Below, in pieces: positions 1 through 9,829 of a DNA stretch of 32,000 nucleotides. A program made the translations under genes and the position numbers. The notes beneath the pieces were generated by a model that saw only the letters and a list, made by a program, of their open reading frames with translations, had not been told where the DNA came from and ran no database searches. Positions within the stretch are counted from its first letter, which is position 1. Each line of letters begins with the position of its first letter. The stretch comes from Mycobacterium leprae TN (GTDB lineage Bacteria > Actinomycetota > Actinomycetes > Mycobacteriales > Mycobacteriaceae): positions 360,001-392,000 of the forward strand of contig NC_002677.1 in the NCBI RefSeq assembly GCF_000195855.1, in the 5' to 3' direction.

Positions 1-1296
1 ACAACAGGAAATATTGAGAACGGCCACAAGGGATTTGGGCAACCATCAGTTCGGCGATGAGTGAGCCCAAGCTGCCGCTATTCACAACCAGTTCGCGTGG
101 CCATGCTGGCTGCAACGCGGGCTCATATGCAGACACCAAGCCTGTCAACGCGGTCGCCGTTGGCGCCGGTAGGAAATAGCCATGCTGGAGTTATGAGGTT
201 CCCCCCGGAAATCAAGTCCACCAGAATTATTCCGGCCCCGACTTGAAGCCGATAGTCGCAACGACGACAGTCCGGCAGAAGCTGGCTACGAAACCGTACT
301 CAACTAGCAACTTCTTACGAATCAGTGATTTCTGGGCTCATCAGCCAATACATAGCAGTTTCCCTCGTCACTGGCGATGGTTGGCCGCGGAGGCCCCTTC
401 GTGGCGTGGATCAGGAACCACCGCCGCCCCGGCCGTGGAATCCGCTCCCAGACCCTGGCGGCGATGAAAGCCTAAGGCAGCCCACTCGATGACAATGACA
501 GTACCCTTATCAACAAACGCAGCATGGTGACCTCTCTGACCCAGACCAATATCCTGTATCCTGTGCCGAAACACCCCGGCAATCGCAGCCATCGAAGCCC
601 AATACAGCGAAATGGAGGACCAGGACATCGGCGCAATAGGACAGCTACGTCGGCTCTTCGACGGCTACTGTCGCGGAGTACACCAGCGACGCTACGCCGC
701 TGTTGAGCCAAGCGGTGACACCGAAAACCGCGGCAGCCGTGCCGGGCTGGCCCACACCTCTTCTCTCAGATCTTAACCTTCCGATGCACGCACCTGTTGC
801 TGTTTCGTTTGGCAGCATGGGCATAAGCGGCGGGACAGCTAGGGGGAGTCCACACACAACGATGAAATGGCTGGCCGCGAAGACTCCATCCCCTGCCGTT
901 GATATAGTCTATCGGCGACAGCGGTTGCCGGTCGAGCTGCCATAGTCAGCGAGCTTTTGGTTCCTCAGACCTAGGGTCGTTCCGTCAGCGGTATGCAGAA
1001 TCCCGGCGATGTTGCCCAGCGCTGCCCCCGCTATAATCGAGCAATATGATTCGGACAGCCCTCATACCGGCATCGCGTTAGCCAGTTTGGTCGGCAGAGG
1101 CATGACCGGCCTTGCGGTCCGGGGGCTGCTCCCCATCGACCCCTGCACCGACGACCCCACCTGGGAGCCACTCGGCAGACTCCGGATTAGCCATATCCAA
1201 CTCTACGCCGCCCTCGTCGTCCTCCCAACCTTGTCGGACGTACCAGCACTGTGGTGCCGCCGCAGAACCAACAATCGGTTAGCCAAAAATACCTCC

Positions 1297-1953
1297 TTAG
1301 GGCTGCCCGGCGAGTAACCGCACCATCATGCCGTTGCCTTCGGCCAACAGCATCTCGTCGCCGTCGACCAGTTCTGCGGACACAAACGCCTTGCGACCTT
1401 CAGTCCTGGTGACCCGTCCCCGCATCACCAATGGTTCATCGATTGGGGTAATCTTGCGGTAGTCCACGTGCAGAAAAGCCGTTCGGCTGATTGAGCGGCC
1501 TGCAGTATACGAGATCATGCCGAACAAGTGATCAAACACCAAGGGTAGCACACCGCCGTGCACCGCGTGGTTGAACCCGACGTGAAATCGAGTGAAGTAT
1601 CCGGTCATTTCAACACTATCGGGGCCGGATCGGGTCAGTGTCCAGGGCGGCAGCAACAGACTGCCCATGCCGGGCATGTCAGGCACCCGCCCAGCCGGCG
1701 CCTTACCTTCATCGGTGGCAAACGGGCCTAGCAACTCGACCAAGGCCACGGCGCGGTCGGCTGCGGCATACCATACCTCGTCGCTGGGGTCAGCGGACAC
1801 TGCCAGGTCCTGCAAGCGGCGCATAGTTGCCACGAATCGACGAAAACCCACACCAGGGTTAGCCAGTTCGTATTCAGGAAAGCCGCTATAGTGTTCGTGT
1901 TTAGGGCGTTCTGGAGGTAGGTCTTCTGGGCGCAGGGAAGAATAGTAGGTCAC
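1297..1953 (-). CDS. Thioesterase superfamily (hotdog-fold-like) protein, probable orthologue of Mtb Rv0356c
   Basis: ORF 1297..2019 (-). Likely start is the GTG at 1953 ([17 protein letters not shown]...), which overlaps the purA stop as GTGA. Hotdog-like segment [29 protein letters not shown]...[24 protein letters not shown]. Synteny is downstream of purA. Confidence 0.82.
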
Positions 1954-3248
1954 CGACGGCTCCTCAATACATCGCATCGCACGATGGTCTGATCCCGTCC
2001 CGGACCGACACCTATGCACGCAACCTGTGCTCCAGCAAGTTCTTCCAGTCTCAATACGTAGTCACGCGCTTTGGCGGGCAGGTCCTCGAATTCCCGCGCT
2101 CCGGAGATGTCTTCCCACCAACCCGGCAGCTCCTCATAGATCGGCTCGGCACGGGCGAGATCGCTTTGGGTTATCGGCATATCGTGGGTGCGCACACCGG
2201 CGATCTGATAGCCGACGCAGACCGGCACCGTTTCCAAGCTGGACAGCACGTCAAGCTTGGTCAGGAAATAGTCGGTGATCCCGTTGACCCGGGTGGCGTA
2301 GCGGGCTATCACGGCGTCGAACCACCCGCAACGCCGCCGTCGTCCTGTCGTCACGCCGATCTCGCTACCAGTCTTGGCCAAGTACTCGCCGTTCTCGTCG
2401 AACAGTTCGGTAGGGAAAGGACCAGAACCCACCCGAGTAGTGTAGGCCTTGAGAATGCCTAGCACAGTGTGGATCCGGGTCGGTCCGATACCGGAGCCCA
2501 ACGCCGCACCGCCCGCCGTCGGATTCGACGATGTCACATACGGGTAGGTGCCGTGATCAACGTCGAGCAGGGTGCCTTGTGCGCCTTCAAGCAGCACCGT
2601 CTCACCGGCCTCGAGGGCGTCGTTGAGCAACAGACGAGTGTCGGTGATGCGATGTCGAAATTGCTGCGCCTGCTCCAGCAGCGTTTCGACAACCTGAGCC
2701 AGGTCCAACGCCTTGCGGTTGTAGATCTTGACCAACACCTGGTTTTTGAACTCGAGCGCAGCCTCGATCTTGTGGGTCAACTCACCAGGTTCTAAGACAT
2801 CGGCGACCCGTATCCCCATGCGGGCGATCTTGTCCTGGTAACAGGGCCCGATACCGCGGCCGGTAGTGCCGATCTTCTTGTTGCCCATGTAACGCTCGGT
2901 GACCTTGTCGATGGCCACGTGGTAGGGCATCAGCAGGTGCGCATCGGCTGAGATCAGCAGCTGGGAGGTGTCGACACCACGATCTTCCAGGCCTTGCAGT
3001 TCGCTGAGCAGCACTCCGGGATCCACCACCACACCGTTACCGATGACGTTGGTAACACCCGGCGTCAGCACCCCCGACGGGATCAGATGCAGTGTGAAGT
3101 TCTCGCCAGTAGGCAAGACAACGGTATGCCCAGCGTTATTGCCACCCTGATAGCGCACCACCCACTGGGCACGTCCGCCGAGCAGGTCTGTGACCTTACC
3201 TTTGCCCTCGTCGCCCCACTGAGCGCCGATGAGGACGACTGCCGGCAT
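1950..3248 (-). CDS. purA: Adenylosuccinate synthetase
   Basis: Full-length 432 aa ORF: [24 protein letters not shown]...[11 protein letters not shown]...[30 protein letters not shown], the classic PurA motifs. Confidence 0.98.
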
Positions 3249-3431
3249 TGACTTGCTCCCACCTAAATCCCGCGTGTTTACGCCTGCTTATTGTGGTCCA
3301 GCCGGTGATCAACTTAGCCCTGCAATGATGCGAGCCGTGCTCGGCCCGCTGTGGGGTAACCCCCAGCCGCGTACCGGCGGTAGGGAGGCCGAGCAGTTCT
3401 AGCTCGAACACAACCGTTTGCGAGGAGTATC

Positions 3432-4121
3432 TTGAACACGTCCGATAGCGCCCCCGGCGTGGCGGTGTTGCTGTTTGGCGACGACCGAACCCGACAACGA
3501 TGGAACACCCTAACCGCGCTGTCCACCTACCGGGCCGGCGGTCCCGACGACATCGACTCCATTGACGCGACGATCGGCCCGTACAGGCGACTGGTGGTCG
3601 TTGGCGGCGACGGCGACCTGGCAGCGGTGCTGGGACGGCTGTTACGTGCCGACCGGCTCGACATTGAGGTGGCTTATGTACCGCACCAACGCACCGCGGC
3701 GACTCGGGTCTATCGCCTTCCGACCGGGCGCCGAGCGGCGCGACGCGCCCGGCGCGGTTACGCCACGCGGGTACCGCTGATCCGCGACGAGACCGGGTCG
3801 GTGATCGTAGGCAGGGCAGACTGGCTTCCGGTTGTCGACCGACAGCCGTTGCACGGTGAGGCAATAGTTGATGACATCCCGCTGTTCGACGGCGATGTCG
3901 CCGGCGTGCGCATCGCACCGACGCTGGCCATGCCGGGCTTACGGGCCAGGTTGCATACCTCCCGAACTGGCATAGGCATCTGGAGCCGATGGCTCACCGG
4001 CCGAGCGGTGCAGCTAGGCAGCACCGGTGTCGCTGTGGTACGTGATGGTGTCCCGACGCGCCGTCGGGAGCGGCGATCGACGTTCTACCGCAACGTCGAA
4101 GGCTGGATGCTGGTCCGGTAA
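3432..4121 (+). CDS. Conserved hypothetical protein, weakly diacylglycerol-kinase-like N-terminal region (Rv0358-like by synteny)
   Basis: Intact 229 aa ORF starting MNTSDSAPGVAVLLFGDDR, with RRLVVVGGDGDLAAVLGRLLRAD resembling the GGDGT region. Lies divergently upstream of purA. Confidence 0.75.
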   Translation: MNTSDSAPGVAVLLFGDDRTRQRWNTLTALSTYRAGGPDDIDSIDATIGPYRRLVVVGGDGDLAAVLGRLLRADRLDIEVAYVPHQRTAATRVYRLPTGRRAARRARRGYATRVPLIRDETGSVIVGRADWLPVVDRQPLHGEAIVDDIPLFDGDVAGVRIAPTLAMPGLRARLHTSRTGIGIWSRWLTGRAVQLGSTGVAVVRDGVPTRRRERRSTFYRNVEGWMLVR

Positions 4122-4169
4122 TTGCTACTGGTAAGTTCTCCCGTTCAGCACAAATCGGTGCGACCTCGC

Positions 4170-4895
4170 CCGAATCTTTGTGGCCCTGGTCAGACTGGAC
4201 CACCGCCGAGCTGTGCTGTCGTAGCTCGCCGGGGTGAGCGTGCGACCACTGGCACATGCCGGAGTGTTTATCTTCGTGATCGCGCCGACTGGTTGGTTTC
4301 GCTGTGTCTGCACGAATGCGGGCACACGCCTAAGGCTTGACGATTCGGCAAACAAGACGTCTCAGCAACCACGATATTGCAGTGCAGCGGCTACCTGACA
4401 ATGGATCTGCTGCGGTTACCGCGATCCGGCGCTCTCACTTGCTGGTGACGATGTGGTTCATCGTGCTGGGCAGTATCGTCCTGCCGGGTGCAGCCGTGGA
4501 CTTGCGGACCTGGTTCATGAAGCCTACCCGTCCGCACCCTGGTCAGCTTGGCGGACCGGCGGCCAACCTTGCGTTGGCTATGCTGATGATAATGCTGATC
4601 AGGTTGTATTACGACCCTGCGCACACAGCCTTGTAGGCAGAGGTGGCGTAGCCGGCGGTGGCCAGGGCTCGCACGTCGGGCTCCGGGGCCTGGAAGATCA
4701 CGACGACTCAAAGCCGCATATTAAGTCCCGAGATCAAATCTGCCAAGCAGTACGCTGTGTTCATTTTGCTGTTCTCTTTGTTGGCACTAGGCATGAACCA
4801 CGTTTCTCTTCGTGGATCGTGTACTGGCGCTCTTCAACTTGCCTGGTGTGACCCACTGGCTGGTGACCGTGGACAATGCATTTGCCCACTTTAAT
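4170..4895 (+). pseudogene. Degraded M50-type membrane metalloprotease (Rv0359-like)
   Basis: Fragments in different frames: DWLVSLCLHECGHTPKA (HExxH-like), NHDIAVQR, LLVTMWFIVLGSIVLPGAAVDLRTWFMKPTRPHPGQLGGPAANLALAML, PEIKSAKQYAVFILLFSLLALGMNHVSL. The order is collinear with the Rv0359 family as recalled. Confidence 0.75.
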
Positions 4896-4915
4896 GGAGC
4901 CGCTGGTTCTAACGC

Positions 4916-5843
4916 TTGCAATGCATGCGTAAACACGCATATATTGCACACATGGGCTCTGGGGGTAGTTACACTCCCGCTGAGGCCGCCATATATCGGA
5001 TGATCCGCCGCATGATCGTTGCCGCAGCGATCTTGATGGTGTTCTTTGGTGTGGAGCTGACCATAGCGTTACTGATCAACTCGATCACACTGCTCGCCGA
5101 TGCGGGACACATGCTCACCGACGTAGTTGCCGTGTTCATGGGGCTGGCCGCATTGGTGCTGGCTAAGCATGGTCACTCAGCACCCAACCGCCCCTACAGC
5201 TGGCATCGCGCCGAGGTATTTACCGCAATGGCCAACGCCGCGCTGCTGATCGGGGTCGCGACGTTCATCCTATACGAGGCGATCCGACGGTTCAAGGAAG
5301 CCCCGTACATCCCGGGCATGCCGATAGTGGTGGCGGCGCTGGCCGGCCTGGTCACCAATTTCGTGGTAGCGCTGTTGTTGCGCCCGCACGCGGAGGACAG
5401 CCTGGCAATTAAGGGTGCCTATATGGAGGCGGTCGCGGACACCGTAGGCAACATCGGTGTGCTGATCGCCGGTGTTGTCACCCTAACCACGCACTGGCCC
5501 TACGCCGACGTGGTGGTCGCCGTGCTGGTGGCGCTCTGGGTGCTGCCACGGGCAATCTCGCTAGCCCGGGCGGCTTGCGGATCTTTTCCTAATTGTCGCC
5601 GGCCCACAATCGATGTCGAGGCACTGCGTTCAGCACTAGGACGCAGGCGACGTCACCGAAGTGCACGACCTGCACGTGTGAACACTTTCGCTCGGCGAAG
5701 ATATGTCCCACCGCGCACCTGACCAGCAACAGCAACTCCATCCGGAGGTGGGCCGGCTCTGGAACGGGTCCGATGTTGGCCGAAGTCCTGGGAAAGGCTA
5801 GCCTACGCGACAGTCCAGATCGGATGTACCGACGACATCTATG
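4916..5843 (+). pseudogene. Cation diffusion facilitator (CDF/CzcD-like) transporter, C-terminus disrupted
   Basis: Intact membrane part: MIVAAAILMVFFGVELTIALLINSITLLADAGHMLTDVVAVFMGLAALVLAKH...SWHRAEVFTAMANAALLIG...MEAVADTVGNIGVLIAGVV. A frameshift after IDVEALRSALGR (about 5645) leads to DVTEVHDLHV followed by TGA at 5679-5681, where Trp is expected. Confidence 0.8.
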
Positions 5844-5859
5844 ACTGTTCGGAAATCTT

Positions 5860-6273
5860 CTAGAGCCCGAGCTCGTTGCGAGCTGCGGGGTCGCAATCGT
5901 CAAGCAGATTCAGGCAGCGTCTATACTCGTCGGTCTCACCAATGGCGTTCGCGGCCCGCGCCAGCGCGGCCACGCAGCGCAGGAAGCCGCGGTTCGGCTC
6001 GTGCGAATACGGCACCGGGCCAAAACCTTTCCAGCCATTGCAGCGCAGCTGATCGAGACCGCGGTGGTAGCCAGTGCGGGCATACGCGTAAGCTGTGGTA
6101 GCCTTATCGTCGGCCAGTGCCCCCTCAGCAAGTGCCGCCCAGGCCACCGACGCGGAAGGATGGGCGGCGGCAACGGTTCCGGGATCCTTGTTTGCGCGCA
6201 GTTCCACCTCGGCGGCGCTGTCATCGGGCAGCAGTATCGGATCAGGCCCCAGGAGATCACCCATTGACGTCAT
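5860..6273 (-). CDS. Conserved hypothetical, DUF3151-like (Rv0360c-like)
   Basis: ORF 5860..6315 (-); likely start MTSMGDLLGPDPILLPDDSAAEVEL.... Synteny between the CDF remnant and the Rv0361-like gene. Confidence 0.8.
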   Translation of the reverse strand: MTSMGDLLGPDPILLPDDSAAEVELRANKDPGTVAAAHPSASVAWAALAEGALADDKATTAYAYARTGYHRGLDQLRCNGWKGFGPVPYSHEPNRGFLRCVAALARAANAIGETDEYRRCLNLLDDCDPAARNELGL

Positions 6274-6384
6274 GGTCTCCATTCTGCCGTTCACCCCGCC
6301 AGCACATCGACTCACGCCTCAATCCGGGTCCAGAGTCGCTAAACTCTAAATATTGACTCGATAGCGGGAAGACAGGAGCGCTAA

Positions 6385-7263
6385 ATGCCTAATGCATCCG
6401 AGCCCGAACGCGGCATCACACTAAACCGCCCCGGGTTGGCTCCACGCACTTTGGATAAGAACGTCGTGTCCAATCTACCCGAAGCCAAAGACAACCCGGC
6501 CATGACTCACGGCGAAGAGATCGCCGCAGGCTACCCACTAGCGCATAGCGACTCGGAAACCGAGGCGATGGTACTAACCAAAACCGAGCCAGACCAAGAT
6601 CCCGGGGCAGACAGACAGCATCACGAGCGCCGCTTCACCGCACCCGGCTTCGACGCCAGAGCGACCGCCATCATGGCCACTGCACCGGATCCCGCGACCG
6701 AAGCCATCCACCCTCCCTTAAGCTCGTCCGATCCACCAGGACATCTAGGGATTTCCCCAAAAGCTGCTGTACCACAATCGATTCCACCCGTGCTAGGAAC
6801 TAAGTTGCGGTCAGCTCGACATTTTCATTGGGGCTGGGTGGTGGCGCTGCTCATGATGGTGTTGGCGTTAGCGGCGATCGCAATTCTCGGCACCGTGCTG
6901 CTGACCCGTGGTAAACACGTGAAAGCCTCGCCGGCAGAACAGGTTCGGCACGCCATCCAGAGCTTTGACGTCGCGGTGCAAACCGGCAACCTGACGGCGT
7001 TGCGCTCTATAACCTGCGGTACCACCCGCGACGGCTACGTGGAGTACGATGAGTCCTCGTGGGACGAGACGTACCACAGAGTTTCAGCGGCCAAACAATA
7101 TCCGGTGATCGCCAGCATCGACCAGGTCGTCGTGAACGGCCAACACGCCGAAGCAAACATCACCACGTTCATGGCCTACGACCCACAGGTCCGCTCGACA
7201 CGCAGCCTTGACCTGCAGTTCTGCGACGATCAATGGAAGATCTGCCAGTCCCCTAGCGGCTAA
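6385..7263 (+). CDS. Single-pass membrane protein with Pro/Thr-rich cytoplasmic N-terminus (Rv0361-like)
   Basis: 292 aa ORF with a transmembrane segment VVALLMMVLALAAIAILGTVLLTRG and an extracytoplasmic C-terminal domain with Cys residues (SITCGTTRDGYVEYD...LQFCDDQWKIC). Confidence 0.8.
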   Translation: MPNASEPERGITLNRPGLAPRTLDKNVVSNLPEAKDNPAMTHGEEIAAGYPLAHSDSETEAMVLTKTEPDQDPGADRQHHERRFTAPGFDARATAIMATAPDPATEAIHPPLSSSDPPGHLGISPKAAVPQSIPPVLGTKLRSARHFHWGWVVALLMMVLALAAIAILGTVLLTRGKHVKASPAEQVRHAIQSFDVAVQTGNLTALRSITCGTTRDGYVEYDESSWDETYHRVSAAKQYPVIASIDQVVVNGQHAEANITTFMAYDPQVRSTRSLDLQFCDDQWKICQSPSG

Positions 7264-7278
7264 CTCAACAGTCAACTG

Positions 7279-8316
7279 TCAACTAGCCGCCACCGACTTT
7301 CCGGCGCAACGTAGATCGTTACAGGCCTCAAGCACCCGCTCGGTCATCGATGCTTCGGCCTTCTTAAGATAGCTGCGCGGGTCGTACACCTTCTTATTGC
7401 CCACATCGCCGTCGACCTTAAGCACGCCGTCGTAGTTAGTGAACATGTGACCGGACACTGGGCGAGTGAATGCATATTGGGTATCGGTGTCAACGTTCAT
7501 CTTCACCACACCGTACCGCAGCGCCTCCTCGATCTCCGACTTTTCCGAACCGGAACCGCCGTGGAACACAAAATCGAACGGTTTCGAGCCCTCAGACTGA
7601 CTGAGCTTGGCCGCTGCCACCTTCTGACCTTCGGCCAGGATGTCGGGACGCAGCTTAACGTTGCCAGGCTTATAGACACCGTGCACGTTGCCAAACGTCG
7701 CAGCCAGCAGATACTTGCCGTGTTCACCGGCGCCCAGAGCATCTATCGTCTTCACGAAATCCTTCGGAGTAGTATATAATTTTTCGTTGATTTCGCCGGC
7801 CACGCCGTCTTCCTCGCCGCCGACCACACCGATCTCGACTTCGAGAATGATCTTGGCGGCCGCTGCGTCCTTCAGCAGATCTTGGGCTATGGCCAGATTC
7901 TCATCGATCGGTATCGCAGAGCCATCCCACATGTGCGATCCGAACAGCGGATCCTTACCGGTCGCTACCCTTCTAGCCGAGATCGCCAGCAAAGGGCGCA
8001 CGTAACTGTCCAGTTTGTCCTTGGGACAGTGGTCAGTGTGCAGTGCAACGTTGATCGGGTACTTGGCCGCAATAGTGTGAGTGAACTTCGCTAGCGCTAC
8101 CGCACCCGTCACCATGTCCTTCACGCCGAGCCCGGAGGCGAACTCCGCACCACCGGTGGAAAACTGGATGATGCCGTCACTGCCAGCGTCAGCAAAGCCT
8201 TTGATAGCGGCGTTGACGGTCTCTGAAGACGTACAGTTGATGGCCGGAAAAGCGTATGAGTTTTCCTTGGCGCGTCTCAACATCTCGGCGTAGATCTCCG
8301 GTGTTGCGATAGGCAT
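7279..8316 (-). CDS. fba: Fructose-bisphosphate aldolase, class II
   Basis: MPIATPEIYAEMLRRAKENSYAFPAINC...ALHTDHCPKDKLDSYVRPLL...FHGGSGSEKSEIEEALRYGVVKMNVDTDTQYAF. The ORF opens at 8382, but the homologous start is at 8316. Confidence 0.97.
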   Translation of the reverse strand: MPIATPEIYAEMLRRAKENSYAFPAINCTSSETVNAAIKGFADAGSDGIIQFSTGGAEFASGLGVKDMVTGAVALAKFTHTIAAKYPINVALHTDHCPKDKLDSYVRPLLAISARRVATGKDPLFGSHMWDGSAIPIDENLAIAQDLLKDAAAAKIILEVEIGVVGGEEDGVAGEINEKLYTTPKDFVKTIDALGAGEHGKYLLAATFGNVHGVYKPGNVKLRPDILAEGQKVAAAKLSQSEGSKPFDFVFHGGSGSEKSEIEEALRYGVVKMNVDTDTQYAFTRPVSGHMFTNYDGVLKVDGDVGNKKVYDPRSYLKKAEASMTERVLEACNDLRCAGKSVAAS

Positions 8317-8448
8317 GAAACTTCCCTCCTGAAAACTGAGTCTATCCAGTATCGCAACATCCCAATGCCGGTTAGCAGCCAATCTGCGCAGGATTTTTTG
8401 TCCACAGCCAGCAGAGGCTACGTGTTTCGGTCGGTATGTTGTGACGTC

Positions 8449-9117
8449 ATGAACACCGCCATAGTGGCCTTGCCGCCCACCCTCGACCCGATGTTCTGGA
8501 TTGGTCCCGAGGGCTTTTTCGCGGCGGCGATGCTTCCCGCCACCCTGGTCATCATCTTCGTCGAAACCGGCTTGCTGTTCCCATTGCTACCTGGCGAATC
8601 ACTGCTGTTCACCGGGGGGCTGTTGGCCACTAAGGGGACGATCGATATCTGGGTGTTGTCCCCTTCCGTAGCGGTGGTAGCGGTATTAGGCGATCAGATC
8701 GGGTATCTCATCGGTCGGCGCATCGGCCCCGCACTGTTCAAGAAAGAAAATTCACGCTTCTTCAAGCAGCACTACGTAACCGAGTCGCACGCCTTCTTCG
8801 AGAAGCACGGGCGATGGACGATCATCCTAGCCCGTTTCTTGCCGTTCATGCGGACGTTCACCCCGGTGATCGCGGGCTTATCCTATATGAGTTATCCATT
8901 GTATCTGGGGTTCGACATCGTGGGCGGCATCCTCTGGGGCGGAGGCGTCACGGTTGCCGGCTACTTCCTGGGCAACGTGCCGTTCGTCCGCCAGAATTTA
9001 GAGAAAATCATCCTGGGCATTCTATTCGTGTCACTGCTGCCAGCGCTGATTGCGGCCTGGCACGGCTATCGGTCGCAGAGCCGAACAGCCAAAAGCGAAC
9101 TCGCCTTACCAGACTGA
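8449..9117 (+). CDS. DedA-family membrane protein (Rv0364-like)
   Basis: MNTAIVALPPTLDPMFWIG...VETGLLFPLLPGESLLFTGG...GDQIGYLIGRRIG...HGRWTIILARFLPFMRTFTPVIAGLSYM...GGILWGGGVTVAGYFLG, canonical DedA/SNARE-associated motifs. Confidence 0.93.
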   Translation: MNTAIVALPPTLDPMFWIGPEGFFAAAMLPATLVIIFVETGLLFPLLPGESLLFTGGLLATKGTIDIWVLSPSVAVVAVLGDQIGYLIGRRIGPALFKKENSRFFKQHYVTESHAFFEKHGRWTIILARFLPFMRTFTPVIAGLSYMSYPLYLGFDIVGGILWGGGVTVAGYFLGNVPFVRQNLEKIILGILFVSLLPALIAAWHGYRSQSRTAKSELALPD

Positions 9118-9127
9118 ACCCAAGCAG

Positions 9128-9147
9128 CTAGTGGTGGGTGGTTTTGA
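9128..9147 (+). repeat. Left terminal inverted repeat of the 2383-bp element
   Basis: ctagtggtgggtggttttga aligns imperfectly with the reverse complement of 11491-11510. Confidence 0.7.
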
Positions 9148-9239
9148 GGCGTTTAGGTGTGGTTGGTTGAGGTAAGTGGGCGGTGTATGTGGTTGCTGTC
9201 TTGGAGTTGCGCGATGGCGACCGGGGTCGGCTGGGGTGG

Positions 9240-9613
9240 TTGACGAGGGTGTTGTGGGTGCTGGTGGGGCAGGTGACACGGGCGTGGATTGTGTGGTTGG
9301 TGTCCGATGGAGTGGCTAGATACTGATATCGCGGTTCGGGTACGCCGGGGACGGGACGTGCTTCGGTGATCGATGAGGTCATGGTGCTCGTAGAGACGTT
9401 GGTCGGCGATGTTATGCGAATCGGCCGTTCAGCGTCGGAGCGGCCCGTCACCGGAGCAGTTGATGGCTGTGGGGGATTTCGTTTTCCTTGGCCGCGCGGA
9501 TCTGGCATAAGTGGGGGCATCCAGTCGCATCGCGTGAAGACCTTCAAGTTCGTTACCGACCCCGACGTGGGAGACCAAACGGCGTGATGTGGTCGGGCTC
9601 GACCTGGATCCAC
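9240..9613 (+). pseudogene. IS630-family transposase, 5' part (degraded)
   Basis: Frame-corrected fragments: RSGTPGTGRASVIDEVMVLVETL; HRSS*WLWGISFSLAARIWHKWG[frameshift]IQSHRVKTFKFVTDPDVG; DVVGLDLDP. These resemble the IS630 pattern HWSSRxLAAxLGISxSTVARIWxxxGIQPHRVETFKFSTDPxxxxKxxDVVGLYLDPP. Confidence 0.75.
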
Positions 9614-9829
9614 GTGCGTCACGAAGTGCTGATGATTGGCATGGCAGTGAAGGTGAGAGATCTTCGCCGCCGGGCCTGTCGCAGCAGGAACGGTGAAGCG
9701 GGGGCACCTTGGCCTTGGGTGGCGTCGGGAAGGGGAGGAATCGTCCTAGGTCCTGCTTGGGTGTTGTGTGGCCAACACGATTTATCGGGTTGGGGTCATC
9801 GTCGGTCGATCGTGGCCGCAGGTTTGATG

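Noticed and set aside
2027-3251. Plus-strand ORFs opposite purA
   Set aside because: Shadows of the purA reading frame in GC-rich coding sequence.
3196-3918. 240-aa minus-strand ORF overlapping the 3432-4121 gene
   Set aside because: Very Arg/Pro-rich low-complexity peptide, antisense to a plausible conserved ORF.
9128-9622. 164-aa minus-strand ORF MTHVDPGRARPHH...
   Set aside because: The opposite strand carries IS630-type motifs; the minus peptide is Thr/Pro-rich with no recognisable family.
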